Shown piece by piece: positions 7,916 to 17,398 of a stretch of 32,000 bases of DNA. Below the pieces are notes generated by a model. That model did not search any database and was not told the DNA's origin. It saw nothing but the letters and a program-made list of their open reading frames with translations. The position numbers and the translations under genes are program-made. The number at the start of each line of letters is the position of its first letter. Positions within the stretch are counted from its first letter, which is position 1. The stretch lies in assembly GCA_025340205.1 (NCBI GenBank), contig CP006868.1, positions 210,001 to 242,000 on the forward strand, given 5' to 3'. This DNA is from Ignicoccus pacificus DSM 13166 (GTDB lineage: Archaea; Thermoproteota; Thermoprotei_A; Sulfolobales; Ignicoccaceae).

Positions 7916-9175
7916 TCAAAGCACTACACGAGACCTCAAGAACTCCAACCAACTCGGGTAAACGATATCGACCTTCCTCAGTAAGTTATCGTAGTGCAAG
8001 TGAGAGACCTTCAGCTCTCCCGTTCTCCCTTGAACGAACTGCATTAGGACTTCCGGATGCTCCCCCAACTCCATGCTCTTTTTCGCAAACGCTTCCTTCA
8101 TGTACTGCTCTGAGAACTTTCGTAATTTCGAAGGTTCGAGGATTCCGAGTTCTTTTGCCTTCTTCGGCACTCCGAACCTAGAGATCTTAACCGGAGCCAT
8201 CTCGTTCAAAGCCTCAAATGTCTCCTTGCTCATGAACGACCACAGAGCGCTCTTCTTACCCCTCTTGATTCCAAGCCAGCGGCGACAATGCACCTCAAAG
8301 CACTTACACCTCTCCTCGATCTTGTCTAAGGCTCAACAAACACCTTCTCGTTTGGGTTCCAACTCTCTAGCGATTCCAATGTATGGGCTAGCCTGATCCC
8401 GCTCTCCAAGAGCAGTCGGTAAAGCCAGTAGAATCGTTCGTTTTCTCGCTTGAGCGTCTCTAAGGCCTTGGAAACCTCTTCGAAACTTATCTCGTGAATC
8501 TTCACGTTTGTCTTGTACCTCCTCGTTGGAACCTTCTTCAGAGCCCACTCCACGAACTCGCTATCTATTTTCCTCTCAAGCTGTAGCCACCTAACGTAGT
8601 GCCTAAAGGTAACTCGAGCCCAGTCGGGGAAGCTAGCTGCTTCTTCCACGAACTCCTCGTTAAGCACCTTGCCTTCAAAGAAGCGCTTGAAGTAGCTCCT
8701 GTACTTGTTCACTTGTTCCTCGCTTATGCCTTTTCGTTCTTTGAGATAGGCCTCGAATTCTTCATTCCACTTGAGCAACAAAACGGGCTTGGGCTTTAGC
8801 TCAATGACCTCATTGCCTAAAGCTCTTGAAACCCATTCAAGTAAGAGCTTCCTGAGGATGGGATCTCCGAGAGCTACACTTAGGATCGCTAGCAAGGGAG
8901 TGAAGCTTAGGCTTACCTTCACGATCGAGTAAACCATAGGTCTTGAGGACCTCTTTACCCACGGAAGCGAAGGCTATGTCTATCGGAAGCAACGTTAGGA
9001 CCTTTGCCATGATTTCCTCGCTTGGGATTACCTCACCCTTAGAGTAGCGATAGATCGTGCTTTTGCTCTTACCTAGAGCCTTCGCTAGCTCTTCCGCTGT
9101 AAAGCGTTCGAGAGCCGAACGGATTAGCCCTACTCGAGCCCAAGCATCAAGATCTCTAACCAACTTTAGTTGCAT
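7916..9175 (-). pseudogene. archaeal tyrosine recombinase/integrase, broken by two frameshifts
   Basis: Fragment 1 (9175 to about 8905) has an HTH (FTAEELAKALGKSKSTIYRYSKGEVIPSE). Fragment 2 (8326-8937) has a core-binding region and LLLESGIR. Fragment 3 (to 7916) has a WLGIKRGKKSALWSF region and HLHYDNLL with the candidate catalytic Tyr. The fragments lie in successive frames next to tRNA-Glu. Confidence 0.75.
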
Positions 9176-9312
9176 GGAGTTGATATGCTCCGTGCGACTA
9201 ATGGAGAGTTCGAGATGAGAACCTTGAAGACTTCCTGAACCCAAACATCTCGAATTAGCTTTAGTAGGATCGCAGAACCGGTTGATGTCGCAGGTATTCA
9301 AGGTTAGGAATG

Positions 9313-9390
9313 TGGTGCCGCCGCCGGGATTTGAACCCGGGTCACGGGCTTGAGAGGCCCGCATACTTGGCCGGACTATACTACGGCGGC
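9313..9390 (-). tRNA. tRNA-Glu (anticodon CTC), CCA encoded
   Basis: Minus strand: GCCGCCGTAGTATAGTCCGGCCAAGTATGCGGGCCTCTCAAGCCCGTGACCCGGGTTCAAATCCCGGCGGCGGCACCA. Acceptor, anticodon and T stems pair. A TATA-like TTTTTAAAG lies about 30-40 nt upstream. Confidence 0.96.
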
Positions 9391-9530
9391 CCCTCCCGGG
9401 GCAACGACCCCTAACTTTCTTTAAAAACTTTTGCTTAAGGTAATATATTCAATACCTTTAATCAACAAGCCTAAGAATATGTAAAGAAAGCTTTACAATC
9501 TATAAAGCATTCTTTACACTTGGGAGAGCC

Positions 9531-10322
9531 TTGATAGAGGCTCGAGATCTTTGGAAGTCCTTCGGAAGGAAGGAAGTGTTAAAGGAAGTAACCTTGAGCG
9601 TGGGGAAGGAAGTTCACGCCCTAGTGGGCCCTAACGGGTCGGGTAAGAGCACCCTCATTAAGTGCATTTTAGGCTTGCTCAAGCCGAACAGAGGAGAGGT
9701 GAAGCTGTTCAACGAAAGACCGGAGGTTGGGAGGAAGAGGGTAGGTTATGTTGGAGAGAAGCTGGGACTAAGGGAATCCTCCGCCTTGCTCGTTGAGCTT
9801 GAGGTCTACTGTGAGCTGAAGGGTTGTAATTGGGACGAAGTGAAGGAGGTGGTCGACGCTTGGGGTCTGAGGCCCTACCTTAAGGAAAGGGTTCGCGACT
9901 TGTCGACGGGAACTAAGCAGAGGGCCGCCATAGCCAGGTCCCTCTTGGGAAAGCCGGAGGCATTGATATGGGACGAGGCCCTTAACGGCTTGGACCCTGA
10001 GTGGAGGAGCTACGCTCTAGACTTTATGAAGGAGTTCTCCAAAAGGGGACCGGTGCTCTACTCCTCCCACGTCTTAGAGGAGCTGGAGGAAGTAGCGGAC
10101 AAGGTAACGATGATCGAGAACGGGAAGGTAATACTAAGCGGTCCTTTATGGGAACTCCTCTACGGAGATCCCGTCGAGCTCTTCGTGCTAAGTCCTAAAG
10201 GTAGGATAAGGGAGGTCATAAGAAAGGACGAGATTATTGATAGATTAACTAGAATAAACGATTTCTCAATAATAAGGATAGGAAAGAGCTTGAGAAAGGT
10301 GTATGAGGAGGTGAGAGCATGA
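9531..10322 (+). CDS. ABC transporter ATP-binding protein
   Basis: Walker A GPNGSGKSTL, signature LSTGTKQRAAIARSLL, Walker B ALIWDEALNGLDPE, and a switch His in SSHVLEEL. Confidence 0.95.
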   Translation: MIEARDLWKSFGRKEVLKEVTLSVGKEVHALVGPNGSGKSTLIKCILGLLKPNRGEVKLFNERPEVGRKRVGYVGEKLGLRESSALLVELEVYCELKGCNWDEVKEVVDAWGLRPYLKERVRDLSTGTKQRAAIARSLLGKPEALIWDEALNGLDPEWRSYALDFMKEFSKRGPVLYSSHVLEELEEVADKVTMIENGKVILSGPLWELLYGDPVELFVLSPKGRIREVIRKDEIIDRLTRINDFSIIRIGKSLRKVYEEVRA

Positions 10323-10849
10323 AAAGCTGGGCTTTCAAGGACTGCATCTTAGCTAACTGGAAAAGCTTAATGATGGCATTTCTACTAACGTATGTGATGT
10401 ACAGCAACGCGTCGAGGATTCCAGTAGGAAGGGAACTAATAGGTGCCTTGAGCGGCTTAACCTTTGCTGCCCTACTCAGCTATGGTCTACTTAACGCCAG
10501 GTCGAGCGGAGTTCTCCAGTACTTCTCCGTAGGGCTCGGGAGCTTCAGAAGGGTAATTGCCGAGCTCTTGTTGGCCTACTCGAGCGTAGCCGCGATCTCC
10601 TCGTTCTTCATGACAAGGTCGCTAGAAGCTGCTCTGAGCGCCCTCTTCGCTATGCCGGCATTCGCTATTTCCATACTACTCTTACCCGAGTGGCTGGGGA
10701 GGATAACACCGATAGCGCTGATACTCGGAATAGAATATATTATGAAGGAATTAAGCATGATCAACTTAATGACAGCGGAGCTGTGTACAAGCGCTATCGC
10801 TATACTCCTTACCCTCCTCCCTCAAGCGGAGGAGTTCGCTAACAAGTGA
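10319..10849 (+). CDS. ABC transporter-associated membrane protein
   Basis: Multiple hydrophobic segments. Starts overlapping the stop of the ATPase gene by 4 nt. Confidence 0.75.
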   Translation: MKSWAFKDCILANWKSLMMAFLLTYVMYSNASRIPVGRELIGALSGLTFAALLSYGLLNARSSGVLQYFSVGLGSFRRVIAELLLAYSSVAAISSFFMTRSLEAALSALFAMPAFAISILLLPEWLGRITPIALILGIEYIMKELSMINLMTAELCTSAIAILLTLLPQAEEFANK

Positions 10850-11184
10850 GAGGGGTGGAGATAGCGAAGGAATATGTCATTTTAATAATTTCTATCACAA
10901 TGCTGTTACTAGTGGTAGGAGCGCTCCTTCCAAAGCTCTTGCTTCCCTCTATACTACTTGCGATGATAGTTATGAGGAAGATGAGAAAGAAATACATAGT
11001 AGTAGATGAAAGGGATGAGTTCGTAATCATGAAATCTTGCAGACCCACCCTCCTGCTAGCTACCTTCTTCCTCGTACTCCTCAGCGTTTACCCAGAGCTA
11101 AGCAAGTACTCCCAGCTCTTCCTAGTAGCTGTCTTCGGGCTTTACTACCTCTCTATGGTATACTATTATAAGAGATTTGGGTGA
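10846..11184 (+). CDS. small integral membrane protein in ABC operon
   Basis: Several predicted TM segments. 4-nt overlaps with both neighbours. Confidence 0.7.
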   Translation: MRGVEIAKEYVILIISITMLLLVVGALLPKLLLPSILLAMIVMRKMRKKYIVVDERDEFVIMKSCRPTLLLATFFLVLLSVYPELSKYSQLFLVAVFGLYYLSMVYYYKRFG

Positions 11185-11420
11185 AGGTCTTGAAGTGCGT
11201 CCAAGTGAGGCTGAGGGAGTGGAGGGCTAGGTACAGGGTAAGCCAGGAGTCGTTGGCGAGGGCCGTCGGAGTCACGAGACAGACGATAATAGCGATCGAA
11301 AAGGGAAGGTATCTACCCTCCTTAGAACTAGCTCTTAAAATAGCTAAATTCTTCAACGCTAAAGTTGAGGATATTTTTGTGCTTAAGGAGGAGTGCTATC
11401 CTAAGGAGACTGCTTTGTGA
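11181..11420 (+). CDS. Xre/Cro-type HTH transcriptional regulator
   Basis: RVSQESLARAVGVTRQTIIAIEKGRYLPSLELALKIAKFFNAKVEDIF is a canonical HTH_3 motif. Confidence 0.92.
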   Translation: MKVLKCVQVRLREWRARYRVSQESLARAVGVTRQTIIAIEKGRYLPSLELALKIAKFFNAKVEDIFVLKEECYPKETAL

Positions 11421-11579
11421 TAGTTCAGAATAATGTCAGCTAATGCGATCTATACTTCTACGTACGTCTTATAATTTGGGTTAATAAATCAATCGACGCT
11501 TACCGTAAAAGTGAATCGATAAACCCTCCAGTCTAGCACTAAAAAATGTAGGAGTGCCTAACACATATGGGGTGAGAAT

Positions 11580-11741
11580 ATGCCATTCGGGTCTTTTGGG
11601 ATGTTAAGCGCAGAAGTCGGGATGAACGTAGTAGTGGGAAGCGCCCTAGGAGCACTAGGTCTACTTGCTCTACTAGTGAGTATGGGGAAGGAGGAAATTG
11701 AGGAAGCTGTCGAAAAGGAGGAAGAAGAGGCGGCTAGCTAA
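11580..11741 (+). CDS. 53-aa small membrane protein with an acidic C-terminal tail
   Basis: MPFGSFGMLSAEVGMNVVVGSALGALGLLALLVSMGKEEIEEAVEKEEEEAAS*, below the length cut-off of the ORF track. ATG follows a purine-rich GGGGTGAG sequence. Confidence 0.6.
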   Translation: MPFGSFGMLSAEVGMNVVVGSALGALGLLALLVSMGKEEIEEAVEKEEEEAAS

Positions 11742-12331
11742 AGGGGATGGCCCAGCGGCATGAGGTAGCCGACCTCTTCTTCTATGCCGAGGATCCTCTT
11801 GACCTCCTCGTCGGCGAACGCCCCAACGGCCACCGTTCCTAGACCCATAGCAGCCGCTTGGAGGTACACGTTCTCGGAGACGTGGCCGAACTCCATCCAG
11901 ACGTACCTTATTCCCCTGTTACCATAAACCGAAGTGGTTACAGTGAAGTCAGCGGCTATGACTAATACAGCGGGAGCGTCGAGGATCCATTCTTGTTCCA
12001 AGGAAGCCTCGTACAGCTCCTCCCTCGGATCACCTCTTTTTATTAAGCAAAGCTCGTGTCTGTGAGGCTTGTACTTGTATATTCCCGGTTCTAAGGGCCC
12101 CTCTCCTAAAACCAAGTATATCCTTATCGGATAGAGGGCTCCCGCGCTCGGTGCGGTGTGTCTTCCTTCCATTGGATCAGATATACCGTAAGCGGCCCAG
12201 AGGATCTGAGAGATCTCTTCTATTGATAAAGGCCTTGCAGAGTACTTCCTTATCGATCTTCTTCTCATTACGGCTTCCTCGAGGGACACCTTCCCCCTTA
12301 GGACAGGGGGAGGAAGGGCGACGCATCTCAT
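11738..12331 (-). CDS. nitroreductase, SagB/ThcOx-like family
   Basis: RRRSIRKYSARPLSIEEISQILWAAYGI...TAPSAGALYPIRIYLV...VWMEFGHVSENVYLQAAAMGLGTVAVGAF...GYLMPLG. Confidence 0.9.
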   Translation of the reverse strand: MRCVALPPPVLRGKVSLEEAVMRRRSIRKYSARPLSIEEISQILWAAYGISDPMEGRHTAPSAGALYPIRIYLVLGEGPLEPGIYKYKPHRHELCLIKRGDPREELYEASLEQEWILDAPAVLVIAADFTVTTSVYGNRGIRYVWMEFGHVSENVYLQAAAMGLGTVAVGAFADEEVKRILGIEEEVGYLMPLGHPL

Positions 12332-12362
12332 TTCAGTATCACCATACGAAGAAGTTGCTTAA

Positions 12363-12821
12363 TTATAGGGGGCCTACGTCGGGCCACCCTTGCCTTTGGC
12401 CTGTGCCGGCCAAGGGAGTTAGTCCCTCCGGTCCCTTGGTTAGCAGTATGGCCAAGTTCAGGGCATGTTCCCTAGCCCTCATTATAGCTACCTCCTTCAG
12501 CTTCTCCCCGCTCGCTTCATCTTCATGTACGGTGACGTCTATCACATGCTTGCCATACTGTATCTGCAACATCTGGAGGGCTATTGACATGGCTAGGTAG
12601 GAGTACTTATCGGTCTGGGTGGGACCCACCCATCCAAAGGTTATGGCCGCATCGCAACCCTCGTCGAAGAGCCTCTTTACAGCAACAGCTATGTCCTTTA
12701 TTCCCGGAACTGTATACCTCTTGATCTTTATAGCGGGAACCTTCCTCTTGAGGACCTTTATTGCCTCCTCAGCCATGTTTACCCTGGCGAAGGTCGTGTC
12801 CACTACTGCCACGCATGGCAT
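12363..12821 (-). CDS. ribC: archaeal riboflavin synthase
   Basis: VDTTFARVNMAEEAIK, TVPGIKDIAVAVKRLFDEGCDAAITFGWVGPTQTDK, VHEDEASGEKLKEVAIMRAREHA and AGTGQRQGWPDVGPL match the archaeal RibC pattern. Confidence 0.92.
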   Translation of the reverse strand: MPCVAVVDTTFARVNMAEEAIKVLKRKVPAIKIKRYTVPGIKDIAVAVKRLFDEGCDAAITFGWVGPTQTDKYSYLAMSIALQMLQIQYGKHVIDVTVHEDEASGEKLKEVAIMRAREHALNLAILLTKGPEGLTPLAGTGQRQGWPDVGPL

Positions 12822-15004
12822 TACTTCTCCCTCCTCTTCAACCCATCCAATCCCTTATTGCTCATGAATGCTAAGGCTAAGGCTAGGGCATCGAAGCCGA
12901 AGAGTATCGGTATGAGCGTTGCCCAAGCCAGCGGCCTTATCATTCCTATGAACGTCATGAAAATATATGTTAGGATGCTCTTCCTTCCGGGTATGTAGAT
13001 CATGTGAAGGTAGGGGAGTAATGGGAGGGCGAAGTAGAAGAGTGTAGGGAAGACGAACATTACGTAGAAGGTTAATGCTAGTGAAAGGCCGGAGGCTACG
13101 AAGCTAAAGCCCATTGCATATAGCAAATAGATGAAGAAGAGATAGTTTTGGGGAGATACTATCTTATTGAAGAAGTAGTATGGAACTAAGAACGCAATGC
13201 TCCAAGCGGCATATTCCTTAAAGTCGAACCTTTCCTTCTTCCTTAAGAACAAGATGAAAACTAATAGGAATCCTGCCAATTCCAATAACGTTCCGATGTT
13301 CCCCACAATTTTTACCATAGTTAAGGGTTCGTTTATGACTATTGGGAAGTAGTTAGCGGCAGCTATCTCTCTGTGGCTCTGGTAATACAGAGTAATGAAT
13401 AAGAACTTCTTTATGCCGAGCGCGAGGATGGTTACTATGGCTGGAGTTAAGAATACTGCGAATCCCAAAGCGGCGACCAGAAGCTTCTTCTTGTCAACGG
13501 TCTTTACCAAGGGTAAGAGAGTGAAGAGAGGGTAAACCTTGGTGCTCACTATAGCAGCCAATCCTCCTCCCAAGAAGTATTCCAAGTAGTTACCCTTCTT
13601 CTTGAATACTATGTAAAGTATTATGGTAAAGAGTGCTAATAACATGGGCTCAAACATCTTCCAATAGTAGGAGACTAGCGCTGTGAATGGGGAATAAAGA
13701 AATAAAAGGGTTCTCTCCTTTCCTATTACTTTTGAGCTAACGAAGTAGGTTATTATGTTAAATAGCATATACCAGAGGCCTAGCACGAAGTAGTACAAGA
13801 GGTAAGAGACTCGGAACCTCCATATGTCGTAACTTCCTAAGAGGAAGGAGTCGAAGGAGCTGACGGAGAGAAACCCGTGAGGAAAGGACGACCTCGGAAG
13901 TAGTGAAAGGGGGCTCAAGAGTATGGCTATCCAAGGCGTTATGTAGGTGTAGCCGGGGAACAAGGGATAGTGGCTGGGGATCTTCAGCTTTACCATTATT
14001 TGCATGTGCCTCGTCCAAGAGTAGAGCTCTACTGGGTTGAATGCCTTCATCGCGAACATGTAGCTCATTACCGCATCCCAGTGAAGGGCTGTAACTGATC
14101 CTAGCAAGACGAGGGTGATGCTAAACGCTAGAAACCCCTTGAAGTTGTCTAAATTAGGTTTGATTACCTTATACCACATCACTATAGCTATCAATGGCAT
14201 CAAAACTATTATTAGGAAGCTGAGGATACCATTTAGTATCCAGCCCAAGATGGATACGTAGAAAGGAGAAGGGTAGGGGCCTCTCTCGCCGTACTCAGTG
14301 GTAGCCAAGAACTTACCCTCAAGTTTCGACACCTTCATTATGCACGTCCTGTTACTCTTAATATAGAGTAAGGCCTCCTCGGGATAAGGAACCTTGTAGT
14401 GAGTAACGCTGCACTTCTCGAAATCCAGAGTGACGTTGTAGTAATAGCTAATGTAGGGTAGGTGAGCCCCTATCTTCACTCTGTGAGGGCTCAATATCTT
14501 TACGTTTGTGATTTCATAAATGGTGACCAGAGAGAGTATTCGAAGGTCACCATGGAATATGACGCTCCCGTCCCTAGGGGAGACCAGCTTCGTGAGGATA
14601 ACCTTTCCGTTATAGGTATAGGTGTCCACTATCGTGTTACCGCTTAAGGCCACGGTGCTGTTGCAAGCCGTTAGGGAAACGTTGGAAGCTACCGTATCGA
14701 CGTCGTTCACTCCGAGGAGCCAGTAACGAACCAATGGGATGCTCACGTCCTCTGAGGCGATGAGAGGTTTAGCGGAGGCATCTCTTATTGAGTAATAGAA
14801 GACTAGACGGGTGCTCAGGGGAGGGCTCACGTTTCCTACGGTCTCAAATGCGGTCTTTACATTACCTCCTACCTCTATGTACATCTTATGACTGGCGTTG
14901 TATGCTATAATTGCTATCGTAACCACGACTGCGAAGAACACCGCCATGCCGTAGGTCAGTTTCGCTAGCTCCTTAGGATCGCTGAGCCTCTCCCTGAGAC
15001 TCAA
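12821..15004 (-). CDS. large multi-spanning membrane protein, possibly GT-C-type glycosyltransferase-like
   Basis: 727 aa with an N-terminal TM anchor, a ~200-aa probable extracytoplasmic domain, and then many TM helices. The family call is tentative. Confidence 0.65.
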   Translation of the reverse strand: MSLRERLSDPKELAKLTYGMAVFFAVVVTIAIIAYNASHKMYIEVGGNVKTAFETVGNVSPPLSTRLVFYYSIRDASAKPLIASEDVSIPLVRYWLLGVNDVDTVASNVSLTACNSTVALSGNTIVDTYTYNGKVILTKLVSPRDGSVIFHGDLRILSLVTIYEITNVKILSPHRVKIGAHLPYISYYYNVTLDFEKCSVTHYKVPYPEEALLYIKSNRTCIMKVSKLEGKFLATTEYGERGPYPSPFYVSILGWILNGILSFLIIVLMPLIAIVMWYKVIKPNLDNFKGFLAFSITLVLLGSVTALHWDAVMSYMFAMKAFNPVELYSWTRHMQIMVKLKIPSHYPLFPGYTYITPWIAILLSPLSLLPRSSFPHGFLSVSSFDSFLLGSYDIWRFRVSYLLYYFVLGLWYMLFNIITYFVSSKVIGKERTLLFLYSPFTALVSYYWKMFEPMLLALFTIILYIVFKKKGNYLEYFLGGGLAAIVSTKVYPLFTLLPLVKTVDKKKLLVAALGFAVFLTPAIVTILALGIKKFLFITLYYQSHREIAAANYFPIVINEPLTMVKIVGNIGTLLELAGFLLVFILFLRKKERFDFKEYAAWSIAFLVPYYFFNKIVSPQNYLFFIYLLYAMGFSFVASGLSLALTFYVMFVFPTLFYFALPLLPYLHMIYIPGRKSILTYIFMTFIGMIRPLAWATLIPILFGFDALALALAFMSNKGLDGLKRREK

Positions 15005-15049
15005 TTAATGCCCCGAGCTCACACAAGCGGTTACTAAATAAGGAGGCCT

Positions 15050-16195
15050 TCAACTGACTGGTTCCCACACTATTCCTAGTTCTGTAGCATACCTTCTAGC
15101 TTCCATTACCTCTCCCCAGCTGACCCTTCTCGCCACGTCGGGCCACCTTTCCGGGTATCTCTTTACCAAGTACTCGGGTCTGTACTGCTCCATAATGTTT
15201 ACCAATACCTTATCCTTTATGTTGTTAGCTATCCACTCCAAGATAGGGAAGGTATCGCATTCCAAGTGATTGGGGAGGACCAAGTGCCTTATTATCATGT
15301 CCCCTCTTTGGGAGGCCTTCAGCAAGTTCCTCGTCACTATTTTCCTATAGTTCTTAACTCCGCTCAGCCTCAAGGCACATTTATCGTTCCAGTACTTGAA
15401 GTCGGGAAGCCAGATGTCGATGATATCCAGCAAGAGCTCCAACAGTTCCTCAGTCATATACATGTTGCTGTTCCATAGCTGAGGTACGTTTACGTTCAAG
15501 TACCTCATGGAATCTATTATTATATGAGCTGAGGGAATGGGATCGCCTCCTACGTGGTTCACGTTCCTAGCTCCTCTCTCCCTCAACGTCCTCTGGATCT
15601 CCGCGAGCTCTATTGGATCCACCCTCTTCCCCTTCATGGCGTTGCTCTGGCTGATGTCCCAGTTCTGGCAGAAGACGCACTTGAAGGGACAACCTCCGTA
15701 GAATATCGTCCCGGAGGGAACCAAAGGAGCTTCCTCTCCCATATGGAGGAAGGCGGAGTGTACGTAGGCGTTGGAGTCAACGAAGCAGGCTCCCGGCCTC
15801 TCCTTTCTATTAATTGGACACCTCCTCTCGCATAGCCTGCAAGGAGGTCCTAGGAGCCTCCTAGCAAGCTCCGCCTTAACGTCCAAGTAGTTTCCTTTAA
15901 CCGGCTGGAACCACTTCCCAGCCTTGGTCTCCTCCCATCTCTCTTGGAACTCCTTCGAGAGGGACGAGTGGAGCCTCCACAGCTCCTCCTCGCTCAAATC
16001 CCTTAAGTCATCGTAGCCGGAATCCAAGGATTTAGCTATCATGAACTTCGCTTGTTTCTTGTTCAACATAACGTCCCTATACCAGCTGAGCCTCTTGTTG
16101 ACCTCCGGGTCCTTCCACACCTCCACGGCGTCTGGACGTATGAAGAACCACTCTCCGAACATAAGCAGTACCCTAGATCGATGAGCGCCTCCCAC
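15050..16195 (-). CDS. radical SAM protein (PflA-activase-like)
   Basis: IFYGGCPFKCVFCQNWDIS contains CxxxCxxC. There is an upstream Cys cluster CRLCERRCPINRKERPGAC and GGDPIPSAHIII. The real start may be the internal MFGEWFFIRP. Confidence 0.88.
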   Translation of the reverse strand: MGGAHRSRVLLMFGEWFFIRPDAVEVWKDPEVNKRLSWYRDVMLNKKQAKFMIAKSLDSGYDDLRDLSEEELWRLHSSLSKEFQERWEETKAGKWFQPVKGNYLDVKAELARRLLGPPCRLCERRCPINRKERPGACFVDSNAYVHSAFLHMGEEAPLVPSGTIFYGGCPFKCVFCQNWDISQSNAMKGKRVDPIELAEIQRTLRERGARNVNHVGGDPIPSAHIIIDSMRYLNVNVPQLWNSNMYMTEELLELLLDIIDIWLPDFKYWNDKCALRLSGVKNYRKIVTRNLLKASQRGDMIIRHLVLPNHLECDTFPILEWIANNIKDKVLVNIMEQYRPEYLVKRYPERWPDVARRVSWGEVMEARRYATELGIVWEPVS

Positions 16196-16239
16196 CCACT
16201 ATTATAACTCTTACCCAGTAAGCCCCTCCCGAGATAGCC

Positions 16240-17397
16240 ATGCCAGCGAACTTGCCGCCGGAGGCCCAAGCGAAGCTAGCAGAGTACTCAGAGGCCAGGA
16301 CGACAGAGGCCAAGATAAAGGCATTGGAAGAATTCTTGAAGGTAGCTCCAAAGCATAAGGGAGCGGAAAACCTCCTTTACTGGGCTAAGAGAAGGCTAGC
16401 GGAGCTCAAGGAGGAGCTGGAGACCGAGAGGAGGAAGAAGAAGGGAGGAAGGAACCCCTTCGTCGTCGAGAAGGAAGGAGCAGCCCAAGTGGTGCTCTTC
16501 GGCATACCCAATTCGGGGAAGAGCTCGATAATAGCGGCAACCACCAGAGCCAAGGTAGAGGTATCTCCAAGACCCTACACGACCCTAGTTCCGGCTACCG
16601 GGATGCTCCCCTTCGAGGACATCCAATTCCAGCTAGTAGAGGCTCCCGGAGTGGCTCCCGGTGTCAACTGGATTCATAGGAGCATAGGCTTAGTAAGAAA
16701 TGCCGACGCGGTTGCCTTAGTGATAGACCTAAGTCTCAATCCCATGAAGCAATACAAGTACTTAAAGGAACTCTTGGAGGAGAGTGGAATAAGCTTGAAG
16801 AAGCCTGAGGGGAAGGTAGAGATAATAAAGGAAAGGTCAGGAGGGGTGAAAGTGGTACTACTAGGAGAAATCCTCGACGGGGATGTGGACAAGGTGAAGG
16901 AGATGCTGAGAGCTTATCGCTTGCACAGTGCCACCGTTAAGATCTATGGAAAGGTAACTATGGATGATATCGAGAAGGCCATACTGGGAACCAGTCAGTA
17001 CAAGCCCTCGATAATTCTGTTAAACAAGGCAGACGTTCCTGGAGCCAAGGAAAAGGTGGAGGAGTTCTTGAAGAGCTACGATGGAGAAGCTCCAGTACTA
17101 GTGGTTTCCGCGAAGACCAAGGAGGGACTCGACAAGCTCGGCCCAACGCTCTTCGAGCTCCTAGAGCTGGTCAGGGTCTATACCAAGAAGCCTCACGGGG
17201 ACATAGCTGATAAGCCCTTGGTGCTTAAGAAAGGAGCTAAGGTTAGGGACGTAGCAAAGTCCATCCACTCTAGGATGTTGGAGGGATTCAAGTACGCCAA
17301 GATATGGGGCCCTTCCGCCAAGTATCCCGGAGAAAGGGTAGGTCTAGATCACGAGGTTAAAGATGGAGATATAATAGAAATACATTACAAGGGTTAA
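16240..17397 (+). CDS. DRG/Obg-family GTPase with TGS domain
   Basis: GIPNSGKSSIIAATT (G1), VEAPGVAPG (G3), LLNKADVPGAK (G4), VSAKTKEG (G5), and a C-terminal TGS-like segment VRDVAKSIHSRMLEGFKYAKIWG...LDHEVKDGDIIEIH. Confidence 0.92.
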   Translation: MPANLPPEAQAKLAEYSEARTTEAKIKALEEFLKVAPKHKGAENLLYWAKRRLAELKEELETERRKKKGGRNPFVVEKEGAAQVVLFGIPNSGKSSIIAATTRAKVEVSPRPYTTLVPATGMLPFEDIQFQLVEAPGVAPGVNWIHRSIGLVRNADAVALVIDLSLNPMKQYKYLKELLEESGISLKKPEGKVEIIKERSGGVKVVLLGEILDGDVDKVKEMLRAYRLHSATVKIYGKVTMDDIEKAILGTSQYKPSIILLNKADVPGAKEKVEEFLKSYDGEAPVLVVSAKTKEGLDKLGPTLFELLELVRVYTKKPHGDIADKPLVLKKGAKVRDVAKSIHSRMLEGFKYAKIWGPSAKYPGERVGLDHEVKDGDIIEIHYKG

Positions 17398-17398
17398 G

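Noticed and set aside
8073-8799. Track ORFs 8073..8396 and 8599..8799 on + strand
   Set aside because: Antisense shadows of the integrase fragments.
9190-9364. 5' part of the 175-aa ORF 8837..9364
   Set aside because: This portion overlaps the tRNA-Glu and its downstream spacer (MRASQARDPGSNPGGGTT is a translated tRNA). The real protein segment likely begins at ATG 9175.
12151-12867. Track ORFs 12151..12600 and 12619..12867 on + strand
   Set aside because: Antisense to the nitroreductase and riboflavin synthase genes, which have clear motifs.
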